DNA from: an uncultured Campylobacter sp. | GTDB lineage: Bacteria; Campylobacterota; Campylobacteria; Campylobacterales; Campylobacteraceae | NCBI RefSeq assembly: GCF_937997465.1 | Contig: NZ_CALKTQ010000174.1 | Span: 1 to 38,661 of the forward strand | Reading direction: 5' to 3' | Length of the DNA: 38,661 nucleotides | Shown here: positions 1 through 9,516 of the stretch, piece after piece | How positions within the stretch are numbered: the stretch's first letter is position 1 | How the letters are laid out: each line of letters begins with the position of its first letter | The notes under the pieces: model-generated | Told to the model about the DNA's origin: nothing | What the model saw: only the letters and a program-made list of their open reading frames with translations | Databases searched by the model: none | Position numbers and translations under genes: made by a program

Positions 1-925
1 CATGCAGGTTAAAGCCGATAAAAAATATAATCACGCCTGCGTAAAATAGCGGTTTGTGCCCGAGCGAGAGTGCGAAAAGTCCGTAGCAAACGACGAAAAG
101 CGAGACGCCGATGACTAAAATTTGCTTTGTTATGCGCTTTGTTTCGCCGATCGCGCCGCCTATGCCCATCGCGATAAAGCCAAACACCGTCGCGACCGAG
201 TAGATACCGCTGAGGTCTTTTTTATCCATGCCAAAATACTTCACGATAGCGATCGGAATCACGATAAAGGCCGCCGACATCAGCATTTTTTGCATGAAGT
301 TGCTGATGTTCATGAGTAGTAAATTTCTGTTTGAGAGTAGCTTTACGGCCGGCATTTTGGCCTGCGAATGCGTAAATTTAGGCTCCTCGCCCACGGCTGT
401 GTATAAAAGCACGATACAAACGACCGTAACCGCGATCGAGAGGTAAAAGAGGCTTGAAAGGCCGTATTTGGCGCTCAGTATCGGCGAGAGTATCATAGAA
501 AGCGTAAAGCTAATGCCGATAAACGCGCCCATCATCGCCATCGCGTGCCCGCGCACCTCCTCCTTGGTCATGTCGCTCATCAGCGCGATCGCCACGGCTC
601 CTATCGCGCCCGCACCCTGGATAAATCTACCAAAAATCATCGTGTAGATATCAGTCGCCACCGCGCAGATCGCAGCTCCAACGATAAAGACGAGCAGGCC
701 TATTAGCATCGAGTTTTTGCGCCCGAAGCGGTCCGAGACGTAGCCGAAAACCACCTGAAACGTGATCTGCGACATCGCGTAAACGCCGATGAGAACGCCG
801 ACTAAAAACTCGGTCGCCCCCTCAAGCTCGAGCGCGTAGACGCTGATAACTGGCAAAATGATAAAGAGTCCAAAAAACCTGCTGCCGATGATAAAAGATA
901 AAGGTAATGCGCTTTTTACTATCAT
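1..925 (-). CDS. MFS transporter (YajR/CmeG-like), runs off the window start
   Basis: Not in the ORF track. Hand translation from the ATG at 925: MIVKSALPLSFIIGSRFFGLFIILPVISVYA... with MFS motif A (GYVSDRFGRK) and GRFIQGAGAIG; multiple TM helices. Confidence 0.9.
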   Translation of the reverse strand, partial: MIVKSALPLSFIIGSRFFGLFIILPVISVYALELEGATEFLVGVLIGVYAMSQITFQVVFGYVSDRFGRKNSMLIGLLVFIVGAAICAVATDIYTMIFGRFIQGAGAIGAVAIALMSDMTKEEVRGHAMAMMGAFIGISFTLSMILSPILSAKYGLSSLFYLSIAVTVVCIVLLYTAVGEEPKFTHSQAKMPAVKLLSNRNLLLMNISNFMQKMLMSAAFIVIPIAIVKYFGMDKKDLSGIYSVATVFGFIAMGIGGAIGETKRITKQILVIGVSLFVVCYGLFALSLGHKPLFYAGVIIFFIGFNLH

Positions 926-990
926 AAATTTTCCTTTTTAAAGGAGTGATTTTACCCGAATTTTGATAATACGTAAATTAAAGTCGAATT

Positions 991-999
991 TGATAAAAT
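991..999 (+). promoter_or_regulatory. Putative extended -10 promoter (TGATAAAAT) for rdgB
   Basis: TGnTAAAAT match typical of Campylobacter sigma70 promoters, upstream of rdgB. Confidence 0.45.
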
Positions 1000-1018
1000 G
1001 CGCGGGATAAAAATAGCA

Positions 1019-1140
1019 TAGCGAAGTATTTTTTGGATTATTTTTACGGTTGCATAGATGAAATTTTGCGTAGGCTAGGCACGTAGCCTGCCGAGCAAAA
1101 TTTTAGCAGGCTACGTAAAAAGAACCAAAAAGACAAGCTA
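1019..1140. repeat. Long imperfect palindrome (~122 nt) upstream of rdgB
   Basis: Nested pairings: TAGC/GCTA, TTTTTGG/CCAAAAA, TTTTTACG/CGTAAAAA, AAATTTTGC/GCAAAATTT, AGGCTA/TAGCCT. Confidence 0.7.
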
Positions 1141-1155
1141 GAAAAAGGAAAAATT

Positions 1156-1800
1156 TTGAAAATAGTTTTAGCCACTTCCAACTCCGATAAAGTAAAAGAG
1201 ATCAAGGATTTTTTAAAAGATTACGAAATTTACGCATTGCGCGAAATTTGTGAGCCTTTTGAGATCGTCGAGGACGGCGCGACATTTGTCGCAAACGCGC
1301 TAATCAAAGCTCGCGCGGTGCATGCTAAACTGCGTGAGCTAAATTTGGCGGACGAGTTTATCGCGTTAAGCGACGATAGCGGCATCAGCGTGGAGGCTCT
1401 TGGCGGCAGGCCCGGGATTTACTCCGCGAGATTTAGCGATATGAACGAGCTGGGTCAGATAACGGGCAAAAGCGCGACCGATGCTAGCAACCGCGCAAAG
1501 CTGATCTCGGAGCTAAATGCGCTAAATTTAACCAGCTCGCCCGCGTTTTACACCGCTTGTATCGCGGTTAGCTCAAATTTGGGCGACTTTACGGCGCACG
1601 GCTTTATGCACGGAACTGCGATTTCCCAGGAGCGCGGCAGTAACGGCTTTGGCTACGATAGCCTCTTTATCCCCAAAGGCTTTACGCGCACGCTTGGCGA
1701 GCTAGACGACGCTACAAAGCTAAAAATCTCTCACCGCTCAAAGGGGCTTGAGCTCATAAAGTACGTGTTAAAGAGCCTTGATAGAAAATTTGGGCGCTAA
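1156..1800 (+). CDS. rdgB: Non-canonical purine NTP pyrophosphatase (RdgB/HAM1)
   Basis: LATSNSDKVKE, DDSGISVEALGGRPGIYSARF, GFGYD and KISHRSK motifs; AAAGGA RBS before a TTG start. Confidence 0.95.
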   Translation: MKIVLATSNSDKVKEIKDFLKDYEIYALREICEPFEIVEDGATFVANALIKARAVHAKLRELNLADEFIALSDDSGISVEALGGRPGIYSARFSDMNELGQITGKSATDASNRAKLISELNALNLTSSPAFYTACIAVSSNLGDFTAHGFMHGTAISQERGSNGFGYDSLFIPKGFTRTLGELDDATKLKISHRSKGLELIKYVLKSLDRKFGR

Positions 1801-1910
1801 ATTTCAAGCGCTAAAGAAAAAACAAATTTGTGCGGCAAAAACCTGGCTAAATTTGCCGTCCCTTAACGCTAGCGCGGTATAATCGCGCAAATTTAAAATT
1901 TGAGACGAAG

Positions 1911-2498
1911 ATGAATCTGGTTTTATTCGACTTTGACGGAACGATCACGCGCGACGACTCGCTGCTGGAGTTTATCGCCTACGTCGTGGGATTTAAGAAA
2001 TTTTTTAGGGGGATTTTTTGGCTTTCGCTCGTTTTGATCGGCTATAAGCTAAAAATTTGCAGCAACAACTACGCTCGTAGGCGGCTGATGACTTACTTTT
2101 TTGCTGGCATGAGCTCGGATAAATTCGCTCAAATTTGTAAAAAATACTCAAACACGCACATTGAGGATATCGTGAAATTTTCCGCGATGGCAAAGATCGC
2201 CGAGTATAAAGCAAACGGCGACAAGGTCGTGATCGTGACGGCGTCGCTCGAGGACTGGCTAGCTCCGTGGTGCCAGGCACAGGGCATTGAGCTACTAGGC
2301 ACTCGCATCAAGAAAAAGGGCGGCGTGATAACGGGCGAGATAGACGGCGCCAACTGCTACGGCGCGGAGAAGGTGCGCCGCGTGCGCGAGGCGTATGATA
2401 CGGACGCTTTTGAGCGCGTGATTGCATACGGCGATAGCAGGGGCGATAAGGAGATGCTGGAGTTTGCCGACGAGGCTCACTATAGGGCGTTTGAGTGA
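1911..2498 (+). CDS. HAD-IB family hydrolase (phosphoserine phosphatase-like)
   Basis: FDFDGT motif I, VTAS motif II, K motif III (NCYGAEK), YGDSRGD motif IV; TATAAT at 1878-1883. Confidence 0.9.
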   Translation: MNLVLFDFDGTITRDDSLLEFIAYVVGFKKFFRGIFWLSLVLIGYKLKICSNNYARRRLMTYFFAGMSSDKFAQICKKYSNTHIEDIVKFSAMAKIAEYKANGDKVVIVTASLEDWLAPWCQAQGIELLGTRIKKKGGVITGEIDGANCYGAEKVRRVREAYDTDAFERVIAYGDSRGDKEMLEFADEAHYRAFE

Positions 2499-2925
2499 GA
2501 GGGCTGGCGACTAAGAAAACTGCAAACTAGTCGTAAATTTAAAAGCTTTAAATTTGAGCACTTGCGCGGCAAAATTTAGAGGTTAGCGAGCTTTTGCGCG
2601 GGGTAAATCGGAGCGCACGGGCTGAAATTTGGCGCCGGAATGTTTGACCAAATTTGCTAGGCGCTTTTTAGTTAAGCTCAAATTTGTTCGTCCTTGCCGT
2701 AATGGCTCCAAATTTAATGCAGCTCATATAAATTTGACCCGGTGCGCGTTTAAACCGTGTTAGCGTAAATAAAAATAGCAAACGCGGCGCTATTTGTTTT
2801 AGCTTAAATTTTAGGTCAAATTTACAGCTTTTTTCTTTGTGAAAATGCGCCATTCTTGCGGCTCAAATTTGACCGTTAAATTTACCCGCAACCCCAAACG
2901 CCAAAACTCAAATTTAGCCCCAAAT

Positions 2926-4122
2926 TTAGACCATTTTTAGCACTTCGACTATTTCGCCCTTTGCTATAAATTCGGTCTCTTTTGGGATGATTAAAAGCGC
3001 GGCGCCCCCTGTTAGGTTATTTACGATCGCCGAGCTACCAAGCTTCTTGCCGTCTAAATTTACGTAAATTTTGCCGTCTCGATTTATTAAATTTACCGCA
3101 GTAAATTCCAAAAACGGCGAGCGCTTTTTGTAGTCCTCGTCCATGATCGCCGTGATTTTGGGCTCGCTAGCGCCAAACCACGCGTTTAGCAGCACGCGCA
3201 CGTAGAGCACGCACATCACCATCGCCGAGTACGGGAAACCCGGCAGCGCAAATATATATTTTTCGCCCGCTTTTGCGACCTTGATGTGGCGGCCCGGTTT
3301 GATCGCGGCGCCATCTATGATGATGTCGAAATTTTCACCCAGCGCGCCTTTTACGAAGTCGTAGTCGCCCATGCTGATGCCGCCGGTGGTGACGAGCACG
3401 TCGGCTGATTTTAGCGCGCGGACGATTGCGTCTTTTACGAGCTCGGCACGGTCGCGTACTATCTCGCACAGTACGGGTTCGCCGCCCATTTTGCGCACCA
3501 TCGCCGCGATGCCTACGTGATTTGAGCTGTGGATCTGCGCGGCGTTTTCTAGCGGCTCTCCGAGGTCTTTTATCTCGCTTCCAGTCGCCAGTACTGCGAC
3601 TCTGGGCCGCACAAATACGCTAACGTTAAAGATCCCAAGCTCGGCTAACAGCGCAGTCTCGGCGTAACCTATCGTCGCGCCTTTTTTGATTAGGATTTCG
3701 CCTTTTTTGTAGCTTTCGCCCACTTCGCGCACGGCAAAGCCCTTTGGTACGGGTTTTTTGATGAGGATTTTGCCGCCTGATACCTCGACGTTTTCGACAG
3801 GGATTAGCGTGTCGGTGCCTTCGCTCATTAGCGAGCCGGTGAAGGTTTTGACGCATTTTACGCCCCCCACCTTTAGCCCTTTATCGCTGCCCGCAGGCAG
3901 GTCGGTGATGAGCTCAAGCTCGCTCAAATCCTCTTGCCACGCAAACGCGTATCCGTCCATCGCAGAGACTGGCTTGGCGGGGTAGTTGTCCTGTGCCACG
4001 ATATCTACGGCGATGCGGCGATCAAGTGCTTGTGTGAGAGTGACCTTTTCTACGCGGTCCCAAGGAGCCAGCGTAGAGCGTAAAATTTCAAGAGAGGCCT
4101 CGTAACTCATAAATTCTTTCAT
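2926..4122 (-). CDS. moeA: Molybdopterin molybdenumtransferase MoeA
   Basis: SAMDGYA, ATGSE, TTGGISMGDYD, IKPG and LPGFP motifs. Confidence 0.95.
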   Translation of the reverse strand: MKEFMSYEASLEILRSTLAPWDRVEKVTLTQALDRRIAVDIVAQDNYPAKPVSAMDGYAFAWQEDLSELELITDLPAGSDKGLKVGGVKCVKTFTGSLMSEGTDTLIPVENVEVSGGKILIKKPVPKGFAVREVGESYKKGEILIKKGATIGYAETALLAELGIFNVSVFVRPRVAVLATGSEIKDLGEPLENAAQIHSSNHVGIAAMVRKMGGEPVLCEIVRDRAELVKDAIVRALKSADVLVTTGGISMGDYDFVKGALGENFDIIIDGAAIKPGRHIKVAKAGEKYIFALPGFPYSAMVMCVLYVRVLLNAWFGASEPKITAIMDEDYKKRSPFLEFTAVNLINRDGKIYVNLDGKKLGSSAIVNNLTGGAALLIIPKETEFIAKGEIVEVLKMV

Positions 4123-4135
4123 TTTTTATCCTTTT

Positions 4136-4263
4136 TGATTCCCCATAAATGACGGATTTCAAGCTTTAAAATTTTAAACCCGTTTCGGTTACGGACGACG
4201 AGTCCGCGCCCTCACGGATTAAAATTTTAAAGTTAAACTACGCCTATTATGTCTGGAATATTT
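4136..4263. repeat. Dispersed ~128-nt palindromic element, copy 1 (MITE/REP-like)
   Basis: Near-identical to 9514-9641 and shares outer arms with 28897-29025. Internal inverted repeat CTTTAAAATTTTAA/TTAAAATTTTAAAG; ends ATTCC...GGAAT. Confidence 0.9.
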
Positions 4264-4351
4264 CTACCGATTTTACTAAATTTAATCGTAAATTATGCTA
4301 ATAAAGCATAGAAGTTTATTATTAAGCCTGCAAAAAGCGCACGAATTTAGT

Positions 4352-4357
4352 TATAAT
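4352..4357 (+). promoter_or_regulatory. Putative -10 box of the telA-yqiJ-yqiK operon
   Basis: TATAAT ~30 nt before the TTG start; AAGGA RBS at 4376-4380. Confidence 0.5.
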
Positions 4358-4386
4358 AACTCTCAAATTTAAGTAAAGGACAAGCT

Positions 4387-5454
4387 TTGAATCAAATCGC
4401 TAAAACGCCCCAAGACGTTGTCGCCTTACTCATAGAAAAAAGGAAAGAATTTGACGATCCGAAAGAATTTATCGTATCGTTCGGCAAAGACGAACTAGGC
4501 GAGTTTGAGAAGCTAAACGGCGATATGGATATGAAGGTCGGCGACTTGCTTAGTATGAGTCAAAGCGTGGGAAGCTCGGTCGGCGAGTCGCTAAAGTCGG
4601 TCAAAAAATACTCCGCCGAGCTTATAAAAGCAAGCGACAAGATGAAGGAGGGCGGACTGGGGGCGAAATTTATAAATTTCTTGCTCGGCAAAGACCTGGC
4701 CGCCGAACTAGCTAGCAAATATCAAAGCGTGTCAAGCTTGTTTGAAGAAATCACGGCAAATTTAAAACACTCCATAAACGTTTTAGAAGCTAGAAACGCA
4801 GAAATCTCCGAGAAGCAAAAGGAACTCTCGCTCATCATCGAAAGTCTAAAAGGCAAGATAGAAATTTTAAGCAAAACAGACGAGCTCATCGAAAATTTAG
4901 CGGCAAATCAAATAGACGAAGAACAGAAAAAATTTCTCCTCGAAGAGGCGCTATTTTACATCCGTATGCATTTGCAAAATTTGCAACAGGTGCTTGTCGT
5001 GATGCAGCAAAGCCTCGCAAACTACGCTACTATCAAGCACAATAACTCGCTTTTAAGTTTCGCCACGCAAAACACGATCACAACTAGCATCACGGCGCTA
5101 AAAACCAACGTCTATATCGCAAGTGCAGCACAAGAAGGCAAAAAGCAGCTAAAAGCGGTTTCTGAGATGGACAAGCTAGCTAGCGACGTTATCCTAAAAA
5201 ATGCGCAGGACGTAAACGATACGGCAACAGACGTGATGGCAAAGGTTGCAGGCGGTGCGCTAGATAACCAAAACCTTGAAAAAGCGATAAATTTGATGAT
5301 AGATTCGCTAGATAAGATAGAAAATTTCAAAAACGAGGCGCTGCCGAAGATGAAAGAAAATATCGCCAAAATATCGCAGATGAGTAAGACGCTGGGAAGC
5401 AAGGTAAATAAGCTCGAAAAGATCGAGCAAAGCGACGTGTATAGCATAGAGTAG
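4387..5454 (+). CDS. Toxic anion resistance protein, TelA/KlaA family (divergent)
   Basis: All-helical. KYQSV, LLEEALFYIR, IKHNNSLL, TTSITALKT and DKIENFK resemble the recalled TelA/KlaA pattern (KYQS..LFYVRQ..KNN.EL..TTT.SALRT..D.ID.FK). Confidence 0.7.
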   Translation: MNQIAKTPQDVVALLIEKRKEFDDPKEFIVSFGKDELGEFEKLNGDMDMKVGDLLSMSQSVGSSVGESLKSVKKYSAELIKASDKMKEGGLGAKFINFLLGKDLAAELASKYQSVSSLFEEITANLKHSINVLEARNAEISEKQKELSLIIESLKGKIEILSKTDELIENLAANQIDEEQKKFLLEEALFYIRMHLQNLQQVLVVMQQSLANYATIKHNNSLLSFATQNTITTSITALKTNVYIASAAQEGKKQLKAVSEMDKLASDVILKNAQDVNDTATDVMAKVAGGALDNQNLEKAINLMIDSLDKIENFKNEALPKMKENIAKISQMSKTLGSKVNKLEKIEQSDVYSIE

Positions 5455-5515
5455 AGCGGAGTAAAGGTCAAATTTGACCTCGCAAGCGGCAAAATTTAAA
5501 AACAAAAGGTAAAAG

Positions 5516-6136
5516 ATGGATCAAATTTTAGAGCTTCTCGGCAATAACCTCATATTTTCCGTTCCGCTGGTTATCGTTGTAGTTTTCGCCTTGCTTGAGG
5601 TTATTTTGATGATGACCGGATTTTCAGCGCTTGAGCCGATAAACGGGCTATTTGACGGAACGGACGGCATAGATGCGCCCGGCGCCGAGTTGTTAGCTTG
5701 GGCAAATAAAGGCGGCGTGCCGAGTACGATTTTTTACGGGATTTTGCTTATGAGCTTCGGGGCGTGCGGGCTTTTTATCACCGGCGTTTTTTACGGCTCC
5801 GCCTCGCCTGCGTGGTATATGAGCGCGGTTATCGCTGTAGTTTCGTTTTTTATCGCTTTGACTTGGACTAGATGGGTGAGCTTGCTTGCGGCAAAGTACC
5901 TGCCTCAGGTGCAAACGTCGGCCTTTAGTAAAAAGGAGCTTCTTGGCTGCGAATGCGAAGTAAAGGACTATAAAATCACAAAAGAGCAAGGCGGAGACGT
6001 CAAGGTCACGGATAAAAACGGCAAGGAGCGTTTTGTCTTTGCGCGGGCTGCGGATGAAAACGAGCTTATAAAAGGCGATACCGCGCTCATCGTTAAAATC
6101 GATAAAAATAACTTTTACGTCAGGAAAAAATCATAA
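5516..6136 (+). CDS. yqiJ: YqiJ/DUF1449 (NfeD-like) membrane protein with C-terminal OB-fold
   Basis: N-terminal TM helices, LAWANKGGVP motif, C-terminal beta-rich domain (VKVTDKNGKERFV); immediately upstream of a flotillin. Confidence 0.75.
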   Translation: MDQILELLGNNLIFSVPLVIVVVFALLEVILMMTGFSALEPINGLFDGTDGIDAPGAELLAWANKGGVPSTIFYGILLMSFGACGLFITGVFYGSASPAWYMSAVIAVVSFFIALTWTRWVSLLAAKYLPQVQTSAFSKKELLGCECEVKDYKITKEQGGDVKVTDKNGKERFVFARAADENELIKGDTALIVKIDKNNFYVRKKS

Positions 6137-6157
6137 ATTTAATCAAAGGAGAATAGT

Positions 6158-8113
6158 ATGAACATTGACGGAATGACTTCTTTGGCCGTATTTGTCGGCA
6201 TAGGACTCTTTTCTATCATCATTTTGGGTATCGTCTTTTCGAGGCTTTACCGAAAAACGACAAAGGAGCTTACGTTCGTGCGAACGGGCTTTGGCGGCGA
6301 AAAGGTCGTCGTAGACGGCGGCGCTTTGATACTGCCGATACTGCATGATTATATCGACATAAATATGCAGTCGATGAAGGTCACGGTAGCTCGTTCCAAA
6401 AGCGATAGCTTCATAACCAAAGACAGGATGCGCGTGGATATTACGGCTGATTTTTATATCAGAGTGGGCGAGGATAGAGAGTCTATCTCGCGCGCGGCGC
6501 AAACGCTGGGTAAAAAGACGATCGATCTGCGCGAGCTAACCGGGCTGATAGAAGGCAAGCTCATCGCTACGCTCCGCTCGGTGGCAAGCTCGATGGAGAT
6601 GAAGGAACTACACGAAAAAAGGGATGAGTTTAGCTCACAGGTCAAAAATGCTATCGAAGCCGATCTATCTAAAAACGGCCTTCAACTAGAGTCCGTCTCT
6701 CTAACGTCGCTAGATCAAACGGCTAAAGAGTTTTTTAACGAAAACAACGCTTTTGACGCAGAAGGTTTAACAAGCCTAACCCAAACTATCGAGGAACGCA
6801 AAAAGCTACGAAACGATATCGAGCGCTCGACCGAGGTACAAATCGCGCAGAAAAACTATGAAACGCAGTCGGAGAAATTTGAAATCCAAAGAAAACAAGC
6901 CGAGGCCGAAGCCACGCAACAAACCAAGATAGCGAATTTCCAAGCCGAGCAAGAAGCGCTAAGAGCAAAAGAAGCCGAAAGTAGGCGCAAGGAGGCCGAA
7001 GAAGCCAAGATCGTCGCGAACAAAGCTATCGAAGAGGCGCAGATAAACAAAGCAAAGGCTATCAAAGAAACCGAGATCGAAAAGGAAAAAGCTCTCGAAA
7101 TCGCCACTCAAAACAAAAACATCGAGATAGCCAAGAAAAATCAAGAAGTTGAAGAGGTCAGGATCGCCGCTCACAAAGCCATCGAACAGGCTGAAATCGA
7201 AAAGGCCAAAACCATAGAAACGGTGGAGGTGCAAAAGGCCAGAGTTGTCAAAGAAGCCGAGATAGAAAAGGAAAAAGTCATTGAGCTGGCAAATCAGAGC
7301 AAAAATATCGAAATCGCTAAAAAAGTCGAAGAAGAAGCCGTGGCTAAAACCCTAGCCAACGAGAAAAAGGCGCTAGAAGCCGCGTCGCTGGAAAAGATCA
7401 AAACCGCCTCCGAAATAGAACAAGCCGAACGTATCAAAAAGCTAGCTCTAATCGAAGCACAGCAAGACGCCGAGCAGCTATCTATCGAAAAAACCGTCGC
7501 CGCAAAGGCTGAAAAAGAGGCCGAGGAAAACCTAGCCGAAGCTGCCAAAATCAAAGCGATGGGCACAAGCGAAGCGCTAAAGATCAAAGCTACCGCAGAA
7601 GCCGAAGCCATAAAGATAACGGCTGAAGCCAACAGGCTAAACTACGAGGTCGAGGCTAAGGGTAAAACCGAGATAAATAACGCCGAAAACATCGTCTCGG
7701 CGGCGATTTTGGAAAATAGATTTAAGCTCGCCTTGATCGAGTTTATGCCGCAAATCATCGCCCAGGTCGTAAAACCCGCAGAGAAAATCGACTCTATCAA
7801 AATCGTGCAAATGGCGGGCATGGGCGGCGCAAATCAGGGCGGTGCGGGTTCAAATGCTAACGGCGGCGTTAGCAACGCTGGAGCATCTCTCTCCGATCAA
7901 ATCGTAAATGCGTCTCTAAACTATAAAGTAAATGCACCGATAATCGACGATCTAATGAAACAAGTCGGCATCGATCTAAACGGCGGGATACAAAATATCG
8001 CCTCGCCCCTGCTGGACGGTTGCGAAAAAGCTAAAGACGCGTCAAATTTTAGCGCAAAAGAGACTGAGAAATTTAATGTAGCAAGCGAACAAAAAGACGG
8101 CAAGAAAAAGTAA
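6158..8113 (+). CDS. yqiK: Flotillin/SPFH family membrane protein (YqiK-like)
   Basis: N-terminal TM, FVRTGFGGEKVV, ITKDRMRVD, NGLQLESVSLTSLDQT, NAFDAEGLT, long AE-rich coiled coil, C-terminal KPAEKIDSIKI. Confidence 0.92.
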   Translation: MNIDGMTSLAVFVGIGLFSIIILGIVFSRLYRKTTKELTFVRTGFGGEKVVVDGGALILPILHDYIDINMQSMKVTVARSKSDSFITKDRMRVDITADFYIRVGEDRESISRAAQTLGKKTIDLRELTGLIEGKLIATLRSVASSMEMKELHEKRDEFSSQVKNAIEADLSKNGLQLESVSLTSLDQTAKEFFNENNAFDAEGLTSLTQTIEERKKLRNDIERSTEVQIAQKNYETQSEKFEIQRKQAEAEATQQTKIANFQAEQEALRAKEAESRRKEAEEAKIVANKAIEEAQINKAKAIKETEIEKEKALEIATQNKNIEIAKKNQEVEEVRIAAHKAIEQAEIEKAKTIETVEVQKARVVKEAEIEKEKVIELANQSKNIEIAKKVEEEAVAKTLANEKKALEAASLEKIKTASEIEQAERIKKLALIEAQQDAEQLSIEKTVAAKAEKEAEENLAEAAKIKAMGTSEALKIKATAEAEAIKITAEANRLNYEVEAKGKTEINNAENIVSAAILENRFKLALIEFMPQIIAQVVKPAEKIDSIKIVQMAGMGGANQGGAGSNANGGVSNAGASLSDQIVNASLNYKVNAPIIDDLMKQVGIDLNGGIQNIASPLLDGCEKAKDASNFSAKETEKFNVASEQKDGKKK

Positions 8114-8140
8114 ATCTAGCCTCAAATTTGATTAAAGTTG

Positions 8141-8200
8141 TGTAAAGGGGCGGCACACTAGCGCGGTAAAGCCGGCTAAATTTGGCCGTCCTTTTTTACA
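8141..8200 (+). terminator. Probable terminator hairpin after yqiK
   Basis: TGTAAAGGGGCGGC pairs with GCCGTCCTTTTTTACA around a ~30-nt loop; T-run on the 3' side. Confidence 0.5.
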
Positions 8201-8448
8201 ATCAAAACAATAGCTGCTTTTTGTGGTTGTTTTTGGCATATTTTGAGCTGTCTGCACGGCTGTAAATTTAACATCTACAAATTTTAAACACGTTTAATAT
8301 TTATGTAAATTTAACTGCTTAAGTTAAATTTTATATTCCCTTTCAAATTTGATTAAATCGCAAGCAAATTTTATTAATTTTTTATTTTAACATCAGTAAA
8401 ATACAGCTTAAGAAATCGGGTCGATTTTACCTTTTCAAAGGACACTTC

Positions 8449-9516
8449 ATGAATTTTTCAAACACAAAATGGTTTATCGCCTCAGGTACGGCGCTTGGCG
8501 CTTTAGGCGCATTGCTTGTGTATTTTGGCAACCCCGGCAACATGGGGGTTTGCGCGGCTTGCTTTTTGCGCGATACGGCGGGAGCGCTCGGCTTTCACCG
8601 CGCAGGAGTCGTGCAGTACGTGCGCCCGGAGATCATCGGGCTCATTTTGGGCGGCTTTTTAGCTAGCGTGCTTTGGACGAAGGAGTTTAGCGCTACCACG
8701 GGTTCGTCGCCTTTCGTGCGCTTTTTTCTCGGATTTTTCGCGATGATTGGCTGCCTCGTGTTTTTGGGCTGCCCGTGGAGGGCGTTTTTGCGTCTTGGCG
8801 GTGGCGATATGACGGCGATTGCAGGAGTCGTCGGTATTTTTGCGGGCGTGTGTGCGGGCGTATTTTTCAAAAAGCTCGGCTACGGCCTCACGCACGAGAC
8901 TAAAACTCAGGCCGCGATAGGCGTTTTGCCGACGGTTATCGGTATTTTGCTGCTTGCTGCGCTTGCGTTTGGGCTAAAGCTCGGCGAAAACGGCGCGCTT
9001 TTTAGCTCTGCAAAGGGCCCCGGCTCCATGCACGCTCCGATCCTGATCTCGCTTGGATTTAGTATCGTCGTGGGCGCGCTAATGCACAAAAGCAAATTTT
9101 GTAGCGTAGGGGCGTTTGGTAGGCTTTTTAAAGGGGATTTCTCGATGTTTACTGGGATCATCAGTATCGTCGTTTTTGCCAGCATTGTAAATTTGGCGCT
9201 CGGGCAGTATAAATTCGGCTTTGAAGGCCAGCCTATCGCGCACAACGACGTGGTTTGGAACTTCCTTAGCATGACGCTAGCAGGGCTTTGCTTTAGCCTG
9301 AGCGAAGGCTGCCCGGGCAAGCATCTCGTGCAAATGGGCACGGGCAATCTAAGCTCGGTTATATTTGTCATCGGTATGGCGGCAGGTGCGGCCGTAGCGC
9401 ATAACTTCTTGCTCGCTAGCTCTCCTAGCGCCATAACGGCAGCGGCTCCGTGGGCGGTAGCGATGGGGTTTGTTTTTGCGGTTTATGTGGGATTTTTCCA
9501 TAAAAAAGCCGCTTGA
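8449..9516 (+). CDS. yedE: YedE-family putative selenium transporter
   Basis: GNPGNMGVCAACFLRD, two GCP motifs, FCSVG; multi-TM; yedF, selD and selC are nearby. Confidence 0.88.
   Translation: MNFSNTKWFIASGTALGALGALLVYFGNPGNMGVCAACFLRDTAGALGFHRAGVVQYVRPEIIGLILGGFLASVLWTKEFSATTGSSPFVRFFLGFFAMIGCLVFLGCPWRAFLRLGGGDMTAIAGVVGIFAGVCAGVFFKKLGYGLTHETKTQAAIGVLPTVIGILLLAALAFGLKLGENGALFSSAKGPGSMHAPILISLGFSIVVGALMHKSKFCSVGAFGRLFKGDFSMFTGIISIVVFASIVNLALGQYKFGFEGQPIAHNDVVWNFLSMTLAGLCFSLSEGCPGKHLVQMGTGNLSSVIFVIGMAAGAAVAHNFLLASSPSAITAAAPWAVAMGFVFAVYVGFFHKKAA

Noticed and set aside
1830..1885. Short motifs shared with 8148-8195 (GGCTAAATTTG-CCGTCC, CTAGCGCGGTA)
   Set aside because: Too short, in a different order and centred on the ubiquitous AAATTT; not enough to define a repeat family.
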